DNA from: Diplonema japonicum | Lineage: Eukaryota > Protista > Euglenozoa: Diplonemea | NCBI GenBank assembly: GCA_964019335.1 | Contig: OZ025733.1 | Location: 186,001-250,000 of the forward strand | Direction: 5' to 3' | DNA: 64,000 nucleotides | In this document: positions 43,500-53,047 of the stretch, in pieces | Numbering within the stretch: position 1 is the first letter of the stretch | Layout of the letters: the number at the start of each line of letters is the position of its first letter | Translations under genes and position numbers: made by a program | Notes under the pieces: model-generated | What the model was told of the DNA's origin: nothing | Seen by the model: only the letters and a program-made list of their open reading frames with translations | Databases searched by the model: none

Positions 43500-44630
43500 G
43501 TGCCGTTAGGCTCCATTCTCTTACAGGCCACACGGGGCAGGCAGGCCCCAGTCTCTAGCAACCACAACAACCAAGGCGCAAAGGGAAGGATACTGGCACT
43601 GTCGCCTGACGACAATGAAGAGGTGCAGATCCCCAACGCAACAGCCTTGACTCATCCCAAACCCCTAACTCACTTCCTCAAGAATGCACGCCCCTAAAAA
43701 TCCCAACACACTCCCGCACCCACCAAAACTGCAACAACTTAACAGGAGCTGCAAAAGCTGATTGAAGTCGTGAAGCACCTCCTTCTGGAATGTAAAATAC
43801 ATAAACTGGATTAAGCAGCGGTCGAAGTGATGTTAAAAGCAGTTCGTGTGCTTGTGGGGGTGACACATGCCCTCACAGAAGAGCCCTTTTATATATATAA
43901 TCTTTGTTAATGTGATCCAAACTAGCTTACCAGAAAAGCGCATCTCCTCTAAAATGGAATAGAATAGCGGGAAATATATGTGGACGTTCCAAAGGTAGCT
44001 GATCCCACGTTATTGGGATTTTTTCTACTTTTTGTTTTTGTCTATAACAACTACTCACAAAATGAAAACTAGTCTTTTGATACAATGGTTGGCAAATGAG
44101 AACCTATCAATAACCGTGTTTAAAGGAAGCAATATTGCAAAAGAAAGTTTATAAGTAATACTCATGAGGTCGACTGAAATGACCTTATACGGGATTAAGG
44201 GGCACAAGAAGTGTGTGGCTTTGCAGGAGAAAAGGTAGGGAACTGAGGGTGCAGTATTTGTGATTTTCAACTGGTCATACATCAGTGAGTACGCGAAGAG
44301 TGGTCAATGTACAGCAGTGAGCTGCTGGTCAGAGAATGGGACATCCGTATCAGTAATCCATCTTTCGATAGGTTTTAAAGTCGTGTTGCATTTTAACATG
44401 TGCCAAAATCCAAAAGCCAGATTCTGCTAGCACTGGCAGAATGGCATCGAGGACATCGACTATGCAGCTATGGATCCTAAATACGAACTGGAAGAAGGGG
44501 GTATGGGGGAGCTGGCTAACATGGTTCAATAGAACGAAAGGTGGCATGCACATTACGCCAGACATGGGGCCAAGGCCCCCCACATCTGGAGGACCTCGCG
44601 CAATCGAAGCCTGTAGCAAACCCCCCTGAT
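43500..44630 (+). mobile_element. Possible degraded retroelement/foreign sequence
   Basis: Low homopolymer content; broken frames include IEVVKHLLLECK (43761-43796, like the H-x4-C end of a non-LTR zinc knuckle) and EYAKSGQC (44287-44310, like the start of a PARP-type zinc finger). No intact ORF. Confidence 0.25.
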
Positions 44631-44804
44631 CCTACGTTATTTTGGGTTGGGGGTCTTTTATCCGGACTCGCAGCGCCACCTGCAAGGCCGAGAACCCAAA
44701 GAATCCATTTTTTTAAAGCTTTTCCCAGGGCTTTGGAATTCTTCGGGGGTGTGTGGGGGTACAGGGCTTGGGGAAGCCTCTGCAGGGTCGGCAGGACGTG
44801 GTCA

Positions 44805-45283
44805 TCTTCCGCAAACATAGGGGTGATTTTCCGCATATTTTGGGGTGATTTTCCGCAAACATAGGGGTGATTTTCCGCAAACATAGGGGTGATTTTCCGC
44901 ATATTTTGGGGTGATTTTCCGCAAACATAGGGGTGATTTTCCGCAAACATAGGGGTGATTTTCCGCAAACATAGGGGTGATTTTCCGCAAACATAGGGGT
45001 GATTTTCCGCAAACATAGGGGTGATTTTCCGCAAACATAGGGGTGATTTTCCGCATATTTTGGGGTGATTTTCCGCATATTTTGGGGTGATTTTCCGCAA
45101 ACATAGGGGTGATTTTCCGCAAACATAGGGGTGATTTTCCGCATATTTTGGGGTGATTTTCCGCATATTTTGGGGTGATTTTCCGCAAACATAGGGGTGA
45201 TTTTCCGCAAACATAGGGGTGATTTTCCGCATATTTTGGGGTGATTTTCCGCATATTTTGGGGTGATTTTCCGCATATATAGG
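44805..45283. repeat. 22-bp minisatellite, 21 full units plus a partial, two variants
   Basis: Units TTTTCCGCAAACATAGGGGTGA (A) and TTTTCCGCATATTTTGGGGTGA (B); order ABAABAAAAAABBAABBAABB. Confidence 0.95.
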
Positions 45284-45335
45284 TGTGGAATGCTCCAGAA
45301 GGGGAGTATAAATAGATAGCCCCCCCCAACCCACC

Positions 45336-45382
45336 CAAGGGCGGCCCTCCATGAGGGGGTTTGTCCTGCACTTTGAGTTTTT
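45336..45382 (+). promoter_or_regulatory. Intergenic hairpin element (type B)
   Basis: 47 nt identical to 60018-60064 in unrelated flanks; CCCTC-CAT-GAGGG stem. Confidence 0.5.
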
Positions 45383-45726
45383 TTTTTTTCTATAGGGGGA
45401 AATCCAACATGCCAAATAGTGCCAAGATTTTTCCCGAAGCCTATTTTTTCTGATAAGGGGGATTTTCAGCCTACCATTTTGTGCCACCTTTTGTTCTGGT
45501 GGAAGATTGGGGGGGCTAAACGTCGCCGCGAGTTCTTTTTCGAAATTAAAGGCAGCAGGTTCAGTTCACTTGGTCGCGGGTAAAAGAGCGAAAGAAAAAA
45601 AAAAGAAAAAAAGAAACGTTGCAAAGAACCCATATACTTATTTTTGTTGGGTATCCATCGTGATGGGGGAAAGAAAAATAGAAAAGAATAATAAAAAAAA
45701 AAGCTATAAGAATAAGAGGGGTGAAA

Positions 45727-45879
45727 ATGAGTTTGATGCTGTTCGAGTCTAGCGGGAAACAACATTTCAGCGTGAAGCAGAAGAAGAAGGCAGACGCTGA
45801 CAAGAAGACAGCCGAGAACACACAAAAGGCGTCGAAAGAATCGGAACAGAAACAAAAACAAGACGAGGAACAAAAATAA
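45727..45879 (+). CDS. 50-aa microprotein (ML..SSGK..F family), copy 1
   Basis: MSLMLFESSGKQHFSVKQKKKADADKKTAENTQKASKESEQKQKQDEEQK*; AAAATG context; differences from the paralogue at 46158 include 7 synonymous changes. Confidence 0.6.
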   Translation: MSLMLFESSGKQHFSVKQKKKADADKKTAENTQKASKESEQKQKQDEEQK

Positions 45880-46157
45880 AACCAATCAGACGCAGCAGTA
45901 TGAAAGAGAGCCTTCCCACAACAAACTTTTCCCCACCCCCGATAACGTGATTAAGAAAAGAAAAGAGAAAAAAAAAAGAAAAAAAGAAAAAAAAAAAAAA
46001 ACCCGATTAAGCAGCAGGTCGGTTCAGAAAGAAATGTGAGGAATAATAAAATATTATTGGACGATTAAAGTTTATTTTTTTTTGTGGGTATCATCATGGA
46101 AAGAAAAAGAAATTAAAAAAAAAAAGAAAATAGTATAAATAGAATAAGAGGGGACAA

Positions 46158-46517
46158 ATGAGCTTCATGCTGTTCGAGTCCAGCGGGAAACACCATTTCA
46201 GCGTCAAGCAGAAGAAGAAGGCAGACACTGGCAAGAAGACCGCCGAGAACGCACAAAAAGCCTCGAAGGAACAGAACAGAAACAAGACGAAAAACAAAAA
46301 TAAAATAAAAAACAAAACAACTCCGATACCTCGAAGCATCGGGGACCTGCCCCCACTCTACAACAACCATCTAGCCTGCCGAAGTAGTGGTGCGGCCTGG
46401 AAAGTCGAAAGAGAACTGTTCTTAGTCTTTTTGTGGCTTCTTTTTTTTTTTTTTTTTTTTCTGCCCTTTCACACAAGAACACTCCACGTCAGGTCCCCAC
46501 GATGGACGTGCAGCTGA
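46158..46517 (+). CDS. Microprotein family copy 2, with an apparent 1-nt deletion near the 3' end (read-through allele, pseudogene or sequence error)
   Basis: First 38 codons paralogous to copy 1; the copy-1-equivalent stop (CAAAAATAA, 46295-46303) is out of frame. Confidence 0.45.
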   Translation: MSFMLFESSGKHHFSVKQKKKADTGKKTAENAQKASKEQNRNKTKNKNKIKNKTTPIPRSIGDLPPLYNNHLACRSSGAAWKVERELFLVFLWLLFFFFFFLPFHTRTLHVRSPRWTCS

Positions 46518-48487
46518 GCTTCCCTGGAGGTGTGTATCACGAGGTGGAGGTTGGGCCTGCATGGTGCGTCTCAGACCTTCGCAAGGCTGCCGCGGACGAG
46601 CTAGATGGGAGGGAGGACAAGATCGTGCTTGTGATCAACGAGACAGAGTACGGTGCTCAGAGTGATGACAAGATACCGTTGCAGAGCCTCGGGGTGTGGC
46701 AGGGAGAGGTTATCATCGTGAAAGTGAACAACAAGCAAGCTGCCCTTGACAGACTCCGCAGCAGAGGTGTGGCAATCAACACCCACGCAGCACAGGAAGC
46801 CTCCCGTAGAGGTGACACAGAGACCGTGACTGACCTAATTGAGGCAGACTGCGCAGAAGGCGACTTGGTCCTGTTCGCCCTCGAGACGAAACACCCCGAG
46901 ACAGCGCTGGCCGTCCTTAAATGTAGCTCGTCAAGACACTTCAGCCCCGGCGCCTTCGCTCTTGCCATAAAAACTGGAGCCTACGATGTTGTCGCGCAGG
47001 CTGTGCACAACGGGTTGACACGGCTCCCAAAAGGCTTCAGCATGCCCTGCCAGACAACAAGCGACTGGAAGATCTTCGACCTGCTGTTCGACAACGGGAT
47101 GTCCACGAGCTACCTGAAAATGCCTAGCATTTTGTGGTATTCGAAGGCTGAAGTCCTGCGTCGCTTGCTGCCCCGTTTCGAGGGGAAGGTGCCCCTGTCG
47201 TGGGTTGCCATAGCCCTCAAGAATCCCGACCCCACCATTGCTGAGATGCTCTTGAAGCGTGATGTGAAGTTGTCCTGTTCCCCTGCCGAGGACTTGCTGT
47301 TCTCAAAACATCGCCAGTTTGACGGGAGGGTGGCACAGTTCATCAGAGACATTGGCAAAGAGCTGGGGTTCTCCAAAAAGAAGGCAACGCGCCTTATGAG
47401 GAACGCCCCTAACCTCTCCCGCGAGATAATTGCAGCGATAGTGGAGGTGGGAGGGGACCCGAGCATGGGACTGTTGCACAGCAAGGACCTCGCCACAGTG
47501 AGGAGTCTTGTCGAGGACTTTGGTGCAGACGTGAACAGTCGAACAGGATGCTGGACGTTGCTCATCAGCGCTTGCGAGCTGGGTGACGAGGACCTTGTGC
47601 GGTACCTCGTGGAGCACAAGGCAGAGGTCAACCACCATGTGACAAACGGCAGGACAGCCCTGATAGCCGCGAGCAAAAAAGGAGACCTAAACATCGTGAA
47701 GTACCTGGTGGAAGAGGGGGGCGCCGATCCACTGCACCGCACCCGAGCTGGCTTCAACGCCACGAGTGCAGCTGCGGCATGTGGCCACCCTGCTGTTGTC
47801 GAGTACCTCGTGCTTCGCTGCCGCGACACGCTCAAGGGCATGAACCTCATACACATCAATGCGAGAATCGCAGGGGCGTCGATATACAAGGAACTCTACA
47901 GGATCACAGGAATGGGCCTCTTCGAAAGGGACGACCTTGGGAAGGATGTGCTCATGATGGCAGCGGAGTCGGGGAAGAGTGTGGCGAGGGGGTTGGCCTC
48001 TGATTGCGCTGAGATAGCGAACAGGAAATGCAAGAAAGGGACCACCGCTCTGGGGTATGCCATACAGAAAGGAGAGAGGCCCGAGTACATGATAGACCTG
48101 CTGGAGGCGGGGAGCAACCCGAATGCAAAAATGTCTGACGACAGTGATTCAGACATGCTTTCCGGGCTGATAGCGAACCACACAATTTGGCACCGTAGTG
48201 TTTACGAAAAGCTGAAAGAGCGAGGTGCGGAACTGCAAGGGGAACGCTGCTTGCAGTCCCTTCTTGCGTCTTTTCGCAAAGGTGATGACCTTACCAAGTT
48301 ATGCATGGTGTTCGGTGACGTAATGGACTTGGTTCCAGACGATTCACGAAGGTCTTTTATTCAAAAACTGCTTGCGAGAGATGCAAACTTGAAGTGTAGG
48401 CTGCGCTACTACTGCACACCTAATTTCCTTTCAAGGAGGCAAGCGAAAGGCGCGATATTCTTGTCTTCTGTTTGGAAAAATGCTTAA
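46502..48487 (+). CDS. Ubiquitin-like N-terminal domain plus ankyrin-repeat protein
   Basis: MDVQLSFPGG...EVEV...VSDLRK...LQSLGV..GEVIIV (UBL-like); ankyrin repeats GADVNSRTGCWTLLISAC, AEVNHHVTNGRTALIAAS, GTTALGYA. Confidence 0.82.
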   Translation: MDVQLSFPGGVYHEVEVGPAWCVSDLRKAAADELDGREDKIVLVINETEYGAQSDDKIPLQSLGVWQGEVIIVKVNNKQAALDRLRSRGVAINTHAAQEASRRGDTETVTDLIEADCAEGDLVLFALETKHPETALAVLKCSSSRHFSPGAFALAIKTGAYDVVAQAVHNGLTRLPKGFSMPCQTTSDWKIFDLLFDNGMSTSYLKMPSILWYSKAEVLRRLLPRFEGKVPLSWVAIALKNPDPTIAEMLLKRDVKLSCSPAEDLLFSKHRQFDGRVAQFIRDIGKELGFSKKKATRLMRNAPNLSREIIAAIVEVGGDPSMGLLHSKDLATVRSLVEDFGADVNSRTGCWTLLISACELGDEDLVRYLVEHKAEVNHHVTNGRTALIAASKKGDLNIVKYLVEEGGADPLHRTRAGFNATSAAAACGHPAVVEYLVLRCRDTLKGMNLIHINARIAGASIYKELYRITGMGLFERDDLGKDVLMMAAESGKSVARGLASDCAEIANRKCKKGTTALGYAIQKGERPEYMIDLLEAGSNPNAKMSDDSDSDMLSGLIANHTIWHRSVYEKLKERGAELQGERCLQSLLASFRKGDDLTKLCMVFGDVMDLVPDDSRRSFIQKLLARDANLKCRLRYYCTPNFLSRRQAKGAIFLSSVWKNA

Positions 48488-48885
48488 TGTGTCATCTCAC
48501 GACCGGCTTGTAAGCTGCTCTTGCCTTGGCTTCCGGTCGGAAGAGGACGCCCCCCCCGACACCTTTTTCGCGATTTTAAAAATGATAGAAAACTTATGTG
48601 TCATCCTTAAGGAATTAATTCTACCTCATTACGTTTTTTTTTTTTTTACATCGTTTTTTTTTTTTTTTTACATCGTTTTTTTTTTTTTTACATCGTTTTT
48701 TTTTTTTTTTTTTTTTTTTTATTTCGACCGCTGAAAGGGGATAGGTACGAGTCCTTTAACTCATAAAACTAAGCGAACCTATTATTCTTTCTTTCTTTCT
48801 TTTCTTTTGGAGAAGAAAAAAAAAAAAAGAAAAAAAAAAACCACTTCAAAGCAAGGGGGGGAAAAAATCGATAAATATTCAAAAG

Positions 48886-49038
48886 ATGATGCTCCACATC
48901 TCCAGCGGGAAGAAGGATTTCAAGTTGCATGAGAATGAAAAATCCAGCAAGCCGGACGCCTCGAAAACCGAGAAAACAAGCAGCAGCGACGATAAGCAGC
49001 AGAAGAGCGCCACCAACAGTGAGTTGACAAAGCAATAG
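48886..49038 (+). CDS. 50-aa microprotein family, divergent copy 3
   Basis: MMLHISSGKKDFKLHENEKSSKPDASKTEKTSSSDDKQQKSATNSELTKQ*; shares ML..SSGK..F and the same length as copy 1. Confidence 0.5.
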   Translation: MMLHISSGKKDFKLHENEKSSKPDASKTEKTSSSDDKQQKSATNSELTKQ

Positions 49039-49396
49039 TCTCTTCTTTCTTGTTGTTCCTCTTACACCCTCTCCCTAGCCTGAATTGAGATTTTTTCTCG
49101 AGGAACGGGGGGGGGATCTTAACTTCCCCCCCGTACCTCCATAGAATAACGCTCACGAAAAAAAAAAAGAAGAAAGAAAAAAAGAACAATTCAAAAGAAA
49201 AGAAGAAGAAAAAAAAATATTAACGCTTCGGGGTTTTCTGATCTATCCGTGATGTGGCATTATGTTTTGAAAAAAAAGGTATTTTTTCCGGGAGGGAGGT
49301 TGATACGCTGAGAAAACACCGAAAAATACCTGGGCAGATTTAGAAATCCGAAGGGTAAACGTCTTACCCCCCACTTTCCCCTTCTCCTCTCTAAAT

Positions 49397-49432
<36 letters not shown>

Positions 49433-49491
49433 TGTGACACATGTTTTCTTCCAAAAAGAAAAAAAAAAAAAAAGAAGAAAAAAAAAGGAAA

Positions 49492-50346
49492 ATGCTCGCG
49501 ATGAAAAGCTTGGCAAGAGCAAGATCGGGGCTGCTGCTGCATGGAGCAAAGCAGCGAAGGTGGCAGCAACAAACAACAGCCGAAGAGGACGGCAAGAAGG
49601 TACTGTGGTATGCACTATGGCGAAGCGAGAAGGGGAAGAAATGGCTCAAATGGGGAGCGGGGCTGTACCTAGGCATGCTAGGCACGGCATACTGCGGCCT
49701 GTGGTACACCCGAGGGCTAGCGTTAGAAGAGAATACAACAACCAATGAGGGCAATAAACTCCGTCTTGGGGGGCACTTGAGCCTCACAGACCACACTGGG
49801 AAAAAATTCAACACGGAAACAGAGCTGAAGGGGAAATGGTGGATAGTGTACTTTGGGTTCGCCTCCTGCCCGACCGTGTGTCCTGCCGAGCTGACGAAGA
49901 TAACAGAAACAGTAACCTCTCTTGAGCAAGAGTTCGGTGATGGATGCATCACACCCTTGTTCGTGACGCTGGACCCAGAGAGGGATTCTCCTGCTGCTAT
50001 GAAAGAGTTTTTGAAACCTTTCCACAAGGATTTCATTGGGCTCACCGGTACCGAAGACGAAGTCAGCGAAGCGGCAAAAAAATTCCGAGTTTATTATTCC
50101 GTGGTATGGGAGTTTTTTAAAAAAAAAAAACTTTTTTTTTTGTAGATCGACACGGAGGATCAGGACCTGAGCCCCGGTGGTACCCCTACTGACTACCAGC
50201 TGGACCACTCTTGTATCATTTACGTGATGAATCAAAATGGAGTTTTCTGTGATTTCTTCTCAAAAGAGACCAACGGCGGCATCGCTGTTGAAAAAGTAGC
50301 CAGGCACCTTGATGGGACCATGGACTTCATGAACAAAAGCGAGTGA
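49492..50346 (+). CDS. SCO1: SCO1/SenC cytochrome c oxidase copper chaperone (exons 49492-50103, 50146-50346)
   Basis: Mitochondrial-type presequence, one TM helix, YFGFASCPTVCPAEL (CxxxC), TLDPERD, FRVYY; splicing the 42-nt intron restores DYQLDHS with the His ligand. Confidence 0.9.
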
Positions 50347-50390
50347 ACCGACAAAAAATCAGGGTGGGTCTGGGTCTTTATGAAGACGAG

Positions 50391-50435
<45 letters not shown>

Positions 50436-50525
50436 ACCCCCCTGGTATTCGTTTCTTTTCACTGACTTCTAAAACGGAAAACTCTCTTTCAGGCGTGGGA
50501 GGGAGGGTGTATGCAGCAAAATCCC

Positions 50526-51397
50526 ATGGTCGAAAGAAAGAGAAAATTTCCCGGATCGACGACAAAAGTCGTGCAGGGCCGTTTCTACGTCAAGCGGAAC
50601 GACGGCGATGGAAGGTACACATTGATGCATGCAGCTGCCGCGTGCGGGCAGATGTCTACGGTGAAGAACCTGATCGAGAGCAACAACGAGGATTGCAATG
50701 CAAGGGACACAAGTGGTATAGAATCACATTTCTTTTTATATTTGGAAAATAGGTCGAACGCCATTATATCACGCGGCAGAACACGGCCGCCTTGAAATCG
50801 TTAGGTATCTGGTCGAAGAATGCGGGGCAAATGTAAACGCGAGTGCCAACAATGGTAGCACACCCGTGGTGATGTCTGCAGTGAGCAACCAAGTCGATGT
50901 CGTGCGGTACCTCACCGAGGAATGCAAAGGAGGGGAAAAAAAAAAAACAGTAGATCGCACGCTGCTGTTTCACGCCGCCAAAAACGGCAGTGTGGCAGTC
51001 ATGGTGTACCTCGCTGAGGAGCGCAAGGCCGTTACAGATGAACCCGACAGTATCGGTCGGACACTTTTCAGTTACACTGCAGCCAGTGGCCACGTTGCAG
51101 CTATGAGATATCTTGTCGAAAAATGTAAGGCGTGTGCGCATAAAAAGGACACAGACGGGGCCACGCCTTTGATCCGGGCAGCGGAGAATGGTCGGATAGA
51201 AGCTGTGAGGTATCTAGTCGAGGAGTGCAACCTTGACGTTGCTGCAAGAGACAGATATGGTGTGGTGAAAAAGGGGGGGGGGAGAGGGGGGGAAAAAGAA
51301 CTTAGGTGAGACATCCTTGTACCGTGCAGTGAAGAGCCGTTCTGCTGAAGTCGTGAGATATCTTGTCGAAAAATGCAAAGATGCGAAGAAAGGGTAG
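50526..51397 (+). CDS. Ankyrin-repeat protein (exons 50526-50715, 50753-51259, 51306-51397)
   Basis: About 7 repeats (D..GRTPLYHAA..G.LEIVRYLVEEC); two GT-AG introns restore the frame and the D..G.T motif. Confidence 0.8.
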
Positions 51398-51553
51398 CGG
51401 TCCCTTCCTCCCCCCCCCCTTTTTTTTTCTTCTGTTGGGCTGTTGCCAACTCTATCTTTCCAACAAAAAAAAAAAACACAATTTTTTTTAGCTTTTCCCT
51501 CCTCGTACTTTTATTATTATTATTCTCAAACGAAGAAGGGGGCAAAAAAAAAA

Positions 51554-52443
51554 ATGAAATCTGTTCTAAGCATGTTGGGGGTGGTGGCTGTCGTGGCGTC
51601 ACAGACCCCGATGCCGCACCAGGTGCTTCCTGCGCAGCTTGAAGACGATGCGAGGTTCCAGCTTATGGCGGCCTATGGTTCGTACTGCTCCAAGGAGAGC
51701 CTGATGAAATGGGACTGCATGTGGTGCAAGAGGAAGATGGGCGATGCCACCGTGTACGGCGTCGTGGAGAACTCCACCAAGACGGAAGGACAGGCCTTCG
51801 TCGCAAGGATGAACTCCTCAAACCAGATCATCGTGGCCTTCAGGGGGTCAGCCAACATCCCCAACTGGATCGAGGACTTCACCTTCTTCAAGACCCCCCT
51901 CACATGGCCCGGTGTTCCCAAGGGTGTTGAGGTCCACGAGGGCTTCCTGGCATCGTATGAAGACCTTCGTGATGATATTTTTGTTTGGGTGGCGCAGGCA
52001 CAGAAGGACTGCCCCACCTGTTCTCTCCATGTGACGGGGCATTCTCTTGGAGCTGCCGAAGCATGCCTTTCTGCTGTGGATTTCCGTCTTCGTGGTATGA
52101 ACCCGTACCTGTGGACCTTCGGGGAGCCGCGTGTTGGGAACAAAGCCTTCGCCGAGTTCTTCTACGAGAAGACCACGCACCCTGTCTTCAGGATGGTGAA
52201 CAAGAAGGACATCGTGCCGCATCTTCCTCTTTATGACCAGTTCTTCCACCACAGGCAGAGGGAGGTCTGGAGGGTCGAGAACGGAACCTACATCATGTGT
52301 GACAACACAGGCGAGGACCCCACCTGCTCCAGGTCCATCAAGCTTGAGAACACATCCATCCCTAACCACGTGGTGTGTGACTTTTAAAAAAAAAAAAAAA
52401 AATACCCTAGGAGTACATGGGCTTCATCCAGGTTTGCATTTGA
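51554..52443 (+). CDS. Secreted class-3 lipase, paralogue 1 (exons 51554-52372, 52411-52443)
   Basis: Signal peptide; VAFRGS, VHEGF, VTGHSLG, TFGEPRVGN, DIVPHLP; splicing gives the family-type ending NHV|EYMG. Confidence 0.9.
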
Positions 52444-52889
52444 GCACCTTTCGCTGTAAGCGGGGGAAAGAAGTCTCACCGTTCGTATTCATTATTGCAT
52501 CTCCATTGCGTCCCCCCCTTTTTTTTTTGCCTCCGAGTGAATCTGACAAAAAGAAAAAGAAAATATAGCTCGTTTTTTGTGTTTTAAAAAAAAAAAGGGG
52601 GGAGAGAAAAAAACTGGATTGGAAGGGAAAGGGGGGAAAGCTCTTGTGTGTCCTCGTCTCCCTCCCCCCCTTCTGTCCCTCCCCCCCTTTAAAGAAATGG
52701 TCACTTTTCCGTCATATATCTGTGTTCTTTTTGATACTCGTTTGGGGGGGGGGGGGGGGGAAGAAAGAAAAGAAGAAGTCAAAAAAAAGGAGGTTCCCGA
52801 CCCCCCTCTCGTAGTAAAAAAAAAGCGTTTGCTTTTCTTTTGTTTCAAAGACAGGTTCATGTCAACTTTTATTTCTTTTCTTTTTTTTC

Positions 52890-52929
52890 GGGCGTCCTGT
52901 CACATACCACAGGTACCCTTAAATGTCTC
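52890..52929 (+). promoter_or_regulatory. Intergenic hairpin element (type C)
   Basis: GGGCGT-CCTGT-CACATACC-ACAGG-TACCCTTAAATGTCTC, ~120 nt upstream of the lipase 2 ATG. Confidence 0.5.
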
Positions 52930-53047
52930 TTTTTTTTTTTTTCCCCTCCTCTCTGTCTTCCCCTTTCTTATGGCTCTCTACTATAGTATTCCACCCCATA
53001 ACGTGAGTGAGATCCGTAGCCCGAGGGGAAGGAGGGGGGAAAAAAAA

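Noticed and set aside
44805-45283. 22-bp array as a CRISPR array, or as coding ORFs (323/187/189 aa on the minus strand)
   Set aside because: No unique spacers, no cas genes, eukaryotic context; all three minus frames stay open only because the unit lacks stops.
50929-50950. Non-canonical GA-AG intron in the ankyrin gene (GGAGGGGAAAA...CAG)
   Set aside because: The unspliced reading already gives near-normal ankyrin spacing and stays in frame.
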